A stretch of 32,000 nucleotides of DNA from Candidatus Saccharimonadota bacterium (GTDB taxonomy: Bacteria > Patescibacteriota > Patescibacteriia > 2-12-FULL-60-25), in the NCBI GenBank assembly GCA_022843095.1, contig JALHOH010000001.1, forward strand, positions 390,001-422,000, in the 5' to 3' direction. Under the pieces are notes generated by a model, which saw only the letters and a list, made by a program, of their open reading frames with translations, did not search any database and had not been told where the DNA came from. The position numbers and the translations under genes are program-made. The stretch's first letter is position 1; each line of letters opens with the position of its first letter. Below, piece after piece: positions 28,181-32,000 of the stretch.

Positions 28181-28195
28181 TGGTGATAATCACCA
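28181..28195. promoter_or_regulatory. Perfect 7-1-7 palindrome TGGTGAT-A-ATCACCA just inside the left islet boundary
   Basis: Seen directly. It starts 3 nt after the end of the left repeat. Function (recombinase or repressor site) is inferred only from position. Confidence 0.25.
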
Positions 28196-28420
28196 TATGC
28201 AATTAGGAATTCACAAAGGCATTTTTTTCAGGATGCTGACGGTAGGTTGACATTGTTTCTCGAGTCTAGATTTTCTGCCCCTTGGAAGGGCTATTTATTG
28301 ATCCTCCTTTGATTTTCTAGTGTAAACATCTTATATTTACTTATGTCTTGATTTGAAAATAAGGGTTCTATCAAGGTCCGTAAGATGGGATGAGGCCGAG
28401 AAAGCCTGAGTGAGATTTTT

Positions 28421-29215
28421 ATGAATTTTTATAAATGCATCAATCGCATTTTTATTGTAGGGCTGATTGCCCCAGTCCTGCTTTTACTCGGCTCCGGTTG
28501 TCAGACCGACCAGATACAACAGCCGATTGTTCCGATCAAAGAAGTCTTGAGTCAGCAGACAGGGGCTCAAGGAACGCAACGGGAGGTAATTTCTCTTGCA
28601 GAACAAGAAAGCTCTAAGGATCTTTTACAAAGGTATTTCAATTTGATCGATCTGAAGAAATACGAGGATGCGTATGATCTGACATCGGAAGCCTTTAGGG
28701 CCAAGCATCCTTTTGAGAAGTGGAGAGATGGTTACAAAAATACACTGAGTCACAGCGTCGATTCTGTTTCTTGTCTCGAATTGTCATGTGTAATTGATTT
28801 AGTAGCAGCTGAGGACGATGAGAATGCGCTTATCAAGCAGCGCTATTCTATTCGATACGGAGTTGTTCGAGATAAATACAGTCGGTTGGTCATTGACACG
28901 GGATCTCTGATCTCAACAAAGCTGATTGAGACGGTGCGGAGCTATGAGGCCGTGACGGAGTCGGCGCCGACAACTAACATTGAATCCCCGGCATTGGTAC
29001 CTATACCAGCGCCGACCTCAAAAGCAGTCGTTCCCAGCAATCCGGCGCCGAACGGTACATATACCAATACTTACGGAAACGAAGTACCTAGCCCTTATTA
29101 CGCACCCTCTGCACCAGCTGGTGCATCAGCTCGGTGCAGGGACGGGACCTATAGCTTTAGCCAGAGCAGAAGGGGGACGTGTTCGCATCATGGGGGTGTC
29201 GAGGAGTGGTTGTAG
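28421..29215 (+). CDS. Islet-encoded lipoprotein with C-terminal DUF3761-like domain
   Basis: 264 aa. Signal peptide plus lipobox (IAPVLLLLGSGC). The central domain has a YFNLIDLKKYEDAYDLTSEAF...W..GY pattern. After a Pro/Ser-rich linker, the C-terminus ARCRDGTYSFSQSRRGTCSHHGGVEEWL matches my recollection of DUF3761. Confidence 0.7.
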   Translation: MNFYKCINRIFIVGLIAPVLLLLGSGCQTDQIQQPIVPIKEVLSQQTGAQGTQREVISLAEQESSKDLLQRYFNLIDLKKYEDAYDLTSEAFRAKHPFEKWRDGYKNTLSHSVDSVSCLELSCVIDLVAAEDDENALIKQRYSIRYGVVRDKYSRLVIDTGSLISTKLIETVRSYEAVTESAPTTNIESPALVPIPAPTSKAVVPSNPAPNGTYTNTYGNEVPSPYYAPSAPAGASARCRDGTYSFSQSRRGTCSHHGGVEEWL

Positions 29216-29453
29216 CGGATATGGGACCTGAGCTGATAATTATAGATAATGTATGGATGTAGATCGCACAGATGCGTAGAGATCGGTAAGCAGATCTGAT
29301 TCAGGGTTTCAAAAACTAGCCAATTTCGGCACAATCGCCAACATATTTTTGATAAGCTTCTATTTTTATTTTTTTCTCTCAGCTGTCCTCGCTGCTCTAC
29401 TAGATAAAGAGCGACATTTTTTAACTCCAGGGTTGTAGGTTTAAGGAAAGCTA

Positions 29454-31121
29454 ATGTTACCCATCAGAGCAAGTCATGATATTAACTTTTTGAATACAAA
29501 GGCGGCCCCGGGAGGCGGTCCTATCTTTGAAAATGAACTTATATCGGTTTTTAAGCGCCGTAGACTGGATGCCACCCTAGTCAGCTTAGGACGAGGTTCG
29601 ATAGGTGTAATTAAGCGTTCCGGCGCAGATCCAGATGTTCCGCATGGAATAGCACGAGATTCTGGAACGGGATTGATGTTTCCTGTTTGGTGTATGGCCT
29701 ACATGGCCAACATAGCGCTAATCTCTGGATCTAATGATTGGAAGGATGCACGGTTCACCGATGGGGAGCTATTGCTTTTAACAAATAACATTTATCCAGC
29801 GCTCGCTGAACCGATCATGCGAGACCATGATCAAATAGAAAGCGCCGAATTCCTCATCCAAAAGGATTTAGAGCAGTTTTCATGGCAACATTTTCCCGGA
29901 TATGAAATCGCGAGATCTTTAGTGCTGTACAATGAATTATTACCCTCAGTCTTTAGGGCTCGGCGCGATATCTTCAAGCACGATCCTGAAGAAGCCCTAG
30001 TGTCTGCAACTGGCCTAGGCATTAGAGAGCATTTGGTTATGGGTATGTGTGTCTGTGCACAAGCTTTAAGCAACGGAGCGATCATTCGACCGAGCCAATT
30101 ATTCAACGCGACCATCCCTTCATTGATGCCGCTCCTCACTCAAGAAAAAGTATTTGCGTATTTACATACGATATCGGGAGAATACGAAGAACTAAGAGAA
30201 ATAGATCAAGCAAGAAATGGAGTGGCCGACCCCTGGTATACAAAGCATCGGTTCAACCCTCTACGCGAGAAGCCATTGGCAAGATCAAAGCGCCTTTCAG
30301 AGGAAGCGCGTGAGGATGTCTACATCGCTCCTAGTTTTCAAATTTTAATGAACCGCGTACTCGCCGGTTTCTACTGGACAATCCATAGCATCCTTGAGAA
30401 AGACGGAAAGAAACACGGCCACTTCAGAGATGGGTTTGGTTACGTTTTTGAGGAGTATGTTGGTGGACTCCTAAAACGGATTAATCCGGACACTTTTTCT
30501 ATCTCTCAAGACAACTATCAATGTTTTGATTGGATAGTGCCTGCGGATGACGGTTTTGTTTTATTGGAAGCAAAAGCACTGCAATTCAATTTGACGAGTA
30601 AGACGTATCCTCAGAGGGAGCAGATAGTCAAAGAAGAGGTGATTCCAAAAATTATTGAAGCTCTTGTGCAGTGTAATAGAACGCTGGATGACATTGAGCT
30701 AAAACCTTCTTTAGCTATGCTGCGAGGGAAGTCATTAGTTCCCTGTGTGGTGGTTTGGGATGTGCCCTTGGTGGAGCAGGGCGGAATGGACAGATTCATC
30801 AAAAAAACACTGGATGATCTTACGCAGGGGGAGGTGTCAGATTCAGTAAAAAAACTATTGTCTCGAAAAAAGATTCAGTCGTACGAAATTGAAGCGCTCC
30901 GTAAGGATCGACCAGCTCTTATTTCAATTCGAGAGTTAGAGCTGCTTGAGGGTGTTGGGGGTCGGATATCGTTACGCAGTTTTCTTGAAAAGAAGAAGAT
31001 CTCGCAGTCAGGTGGACGTACGATACTAGCCACAGAAGTGCCAGACCTCCCTTTGACCTGTCCATATCTAGACAAAAAATACGAACAATACTGGAAAGAC
31101 GTAAGTGAAGGTGAATGGTAG
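29454..31121 (+). CDS. Islet-encoded 555-aa hypothetical protein with a PD-(D/E)xK nuclease-like motif set in its C-terminal half
   Basis: The only long ORF here. AAGGA lies 6 nt upstream of the ATG. Residues ~327-380 read GFGYVFEEYVGGLLKRI...CFDWIVPADDGFVLLEAKALQF: a helix with conserved E, a strand ending in D, and ExK 13 residues later. No Walker A, and no tyrosine- or serine-recombinase motifs seen. Confidence 0.7.
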   Translation: MLPIRASHDINFLNTKAAPGGGPIFENELISVFKRRRLDATLVSLGRGSIGVIKRSGADPDVPHGIARDSGTGLMFPVWCMAYMANIALISGSNDWKDARFTDGELLLLTNNIYPALAEPIMRDHDQIESAEFLIQKDLEQFSWQHFPGYEIARSLVLYNELLPSVFRARRDIFKHDPEEALVSATGLGIREHLVMGMCVCAQALSNGAIIRPSQLFNATIPSLMPLLTQEKVFAYLHTISGEYEELREIDQARNGVADPWYTKHRFNPLREKPLARSKRLSEEAREDVYIAPSFQILMNRVLAGFYWTIHSILEKDGKKHGHFRDGFGYVFEEYVGGLLKRINPDTFSISQDNYQCFDWIVPADDGFVLLEAKALQFNLTSKTYPQREQIVKEEVIPKIIEALVQCNRTLDDIELKPSLAMLRGKSLVPCVVVWDVPLVEQGGMDRFIKKTLDDLTQGEVSDSVKKLLSRKKIQSYEIEALRKDRPALISIRELELLEGVGGRISLRSFLEKKKISQSGGRTILATEVPDLPLTCPYLDKKYEQYWKDVSEGEW

Positions 31122-31367
31122 CTCCGACCTATGAAAAAAACACGTGCTCGGATTAGATAGACGCAAATACTGGACAAGACGTCCGGTATTTCTCTTACCA
31201 ACTTACCCTCTCTCTATGGTTCACGCCCGGCTGACATTAAGGAGTTAGTTTATGCAATACCATGTTTACTTGTGATGAAGATTAATGGTTATTAATCCAT
31301 TGCAGTCATTGAACAATTTTATCCTTTAGCATTCATTAGCCGTCTCCGTTATTACCTTGAATAAGAA

Positions 31368-31424
31368 TTCGACTCCCCCTACCCGCTCCAACAAGAACGC
31401 TTCTCGAAAGAGAGGCGTTTTTGT
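31368..31424 (+). repeat. Right copy of the 57-bp direct repeat (attR-like): tRNA-Gly 3' fragment plus a second copy of the terminator
   Basis: Identical to 28122-28178. The sequence upstream (gaataagaa) does not continue the tRNA, so this is a 23-nt tRNA fragment and not a second tRNA gene. The hairpin plus T-run at 31397-31424 should terminate islet transcripts. Confidence 0.95.
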
Positions 31425-31484
31425 ATCCCGTTTCCTCCCTTGACGTTTTGCAAAAGATCAGGAACGGTGGCGGCGGAGGTTCGC

Positions 31485-31955
31485 ATGATTTCACGTCTGT
31501 TTCTCGAGATTCGTCGCGTGTTGGTTCGTACCGAATGTTTTCTCACGGTGCGCGAGGGATACGTCATCGACCCCGCGACATGGCATCCACTCGTGCCAAC
31601 GGAGGAGGAGCGACCGGTGCTTACTGCGATCGAGCGCGCTCATTGTCGGCAGATCGTCTGGGACGATTTGCTTCTGCCCTTCAAGGAGTATCTGGGACAC
31701 TACTCCGTGCCGCGTCGCGCAGGGGAGCCGATATCCGCGGCAAAGTTCACGGCGCTTCGGTTTCGTGGATTGCGTCATGATTTTCTCCTCGTCCTTGCCT
31801 GGAGTAATCAGGAGACGCGCGAGCCAGAGCATCCGATCGCGGTGTACGCAACGTCGTCGGATCCTGGAGATCGCGATGCGTTCTTCCGCGCCCTGACGGA
31901 GTACATATTCGGTCTTCCTGTGTTCACGGCGCGTCTGCCGGCTTTCGACGCCTGA
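31485..31955 (+). CDS. Hypothetical protein (156 aa)
   Basis: The track ORF starts at a TTG (31440). I prefer the ATG at 31485, which has GGAGG 6 nt upstream. Composition is GC-rich like the core genome. No family recognised. Confidence 0.55.
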   Translation: MISRLFLEIRRVLVRTECFLTVREGYVIDPATWHPLVPTEEERPVLTAIERAHCRQIVWDDLLLPFKEYLGHYSVPRRAGEPISAAKFTALRFRGLRHDFLLVLAWSNQETREPEHPIAVYATSSDPGDRDAFFRALTEYIFGLPVFTARLPAFDA

Positions 31956-31962
31956 TGCGCAA

Positions 31963-31987
31963 AAGCACCCGCCTGGGTGCTTTTTTT
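31963..31987 (+). terminator. Rho-independent terminator
   Basis: Stem aagcaccc / gggtgctt with the 4-nt loop gcct, running into TTTTTTT. Confidence 0.65.
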
Positions 31988-32000
31988 GTACTTCAATCTT

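Larger units (their letters stand above)
28122..31424. mobile_element. Putative integrated genomic islet at tRNA-Gly (about 3.2 kb, two cargo genes, no recognisable integrase)
   Basis: Bounded by 57-bp perfect direct repeats derived from the tRNA 3' end. The interior is AT-richer than the flanks (hand counts). Its ~240-bp spacers are unlike the compact flanks. Confidence 0.6.

Noticed and set aside
28011-28250. ORFs 28011-28202 (-) and 28032-28250 (+).
   Set aside because: They run straight through the two tRNA genes and the terminator, so they are not coding.
29255-29305. Clustered AGATCG/AGATCG/AGATCT motifs, considered as a possible repeat array or CRISPR-like structure.
   Set aside because: There are only three 6-mers with irregular spacing and no longer repeat unit. 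Nothing in the window has CRISPR repeat-spacer architecture.
29385-29425. Weak hairpin gctct-N9-agagc followed by TTTTTT, considered as the terminator of the islet lipoprotein gene.
   Set aside because: The stem is only 5-6 bp with a 9-nt loop, there are 4 nt between stem and T-run, and it lies about 170 nt past the stop codon. This is not convincing.
29831-31201. Minus-strand ORFs inside the islet (29831-30139, 30611-30802, 30875-31201), considered as possible integrase or excisionase remnants.
   Set aside because: They are antisense to the 555-aa gene or its 3' flank. They show no recombinase, HTH or excisionase-like motifs and have poor composition. I cannot exclude short relics without a translated database search.
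31252-31275. A 7-codon mini-ORF (MQYHVYL*) with AAGGAG 7 nt upstream, in the right islet arm.
   Set aside because: Too short to support. An SD-like hexamer next to an ATG is expected by chance in AT-rich sequence. Worth revisiting only if conserved in related islets.
31368-31390. A second tRNA-Gly gene at the right islet boundary.
   Set aside because: Only the 3' terminal 23 nt (T-loop to CCA) are present. The upstream sequence cannot form the acceptor, D or anticodon arms. It is an att-derived fragment.
1-32000. Alternative genetic code (for example UGA recoding), considered because the gene content hints at an uncultivated reduced-genome lineage.
   Set aside because: TGA terminates well-defined genes at conserved C-termini (rsmI at 17588-17590, pgi at 10443-10445). 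All family-identified proteins translate full-length with code 11.

Overview
Compact bacterial chromosomal segment using the standard genetic code (TGA, TAA and TAG all act as stops). By eye it is roughly 55% GC. Core intergenic spacers are very short, and several gene pairs overlap. Most of the window is housekeeping:
- DUF4256 protein and a membrane-fused spermidine-synthase-like protein
- PolX DNA polymerase
- an orphan CHASE4/HAMP/PAS histidine kinase
- a small glycolytic cluster (PfkB kinase, class II aldolase, divergent pgi)
- YtxH, RsmE, ClpB, RsmI, MetRS, CvpA, TatD, a MutY-like glycosylase, two NUDIX hydrolases, a SWIM-SNF2 helicase, inorganic pyrophosphatase and an FNR-like oxidoreductase
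- several Pro/Thr-rich lipobox proteins
- a tRNA-Ile(GAT)/tRNA-Gly(GCC) pair

The gene content and lipobox envelope proteins would fit an uncultivated, reduced-genome lineage, but I cannot establish taxonomy from the sequence alone.

The one clear accessory region lies directly after tRNA-Gly. It is a ~3.2-kb, visibly AT-richer islet bounded by a perfect 57-bp direct repeat (28122-28178 = 31368-31424). The repeat consists of the last 23 nt of the tRNA plus its terminator. The islet carries only two genes. One is a lipoprotein with a DUF3761-like C-terminus. The other is a 555-aa orphan whose C-terminal half shows a textbook E...D...ExK (PD-(D/E)xK nuclease-fold) motif arrangement. No integrase or excisionase is recognisable. 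This is the best candidate for something undescribed: an integrase-less tRNA-targeting islet carrying a candidate single-gene nuclease system, for defence or for mobility.

Other points worth a look are a near-perfect CIRCE operator in front of clpB and an unassignable 360-aa ORF with an AT-rich core next to polX. No CRISPR array, rRNA or transposase was seen.
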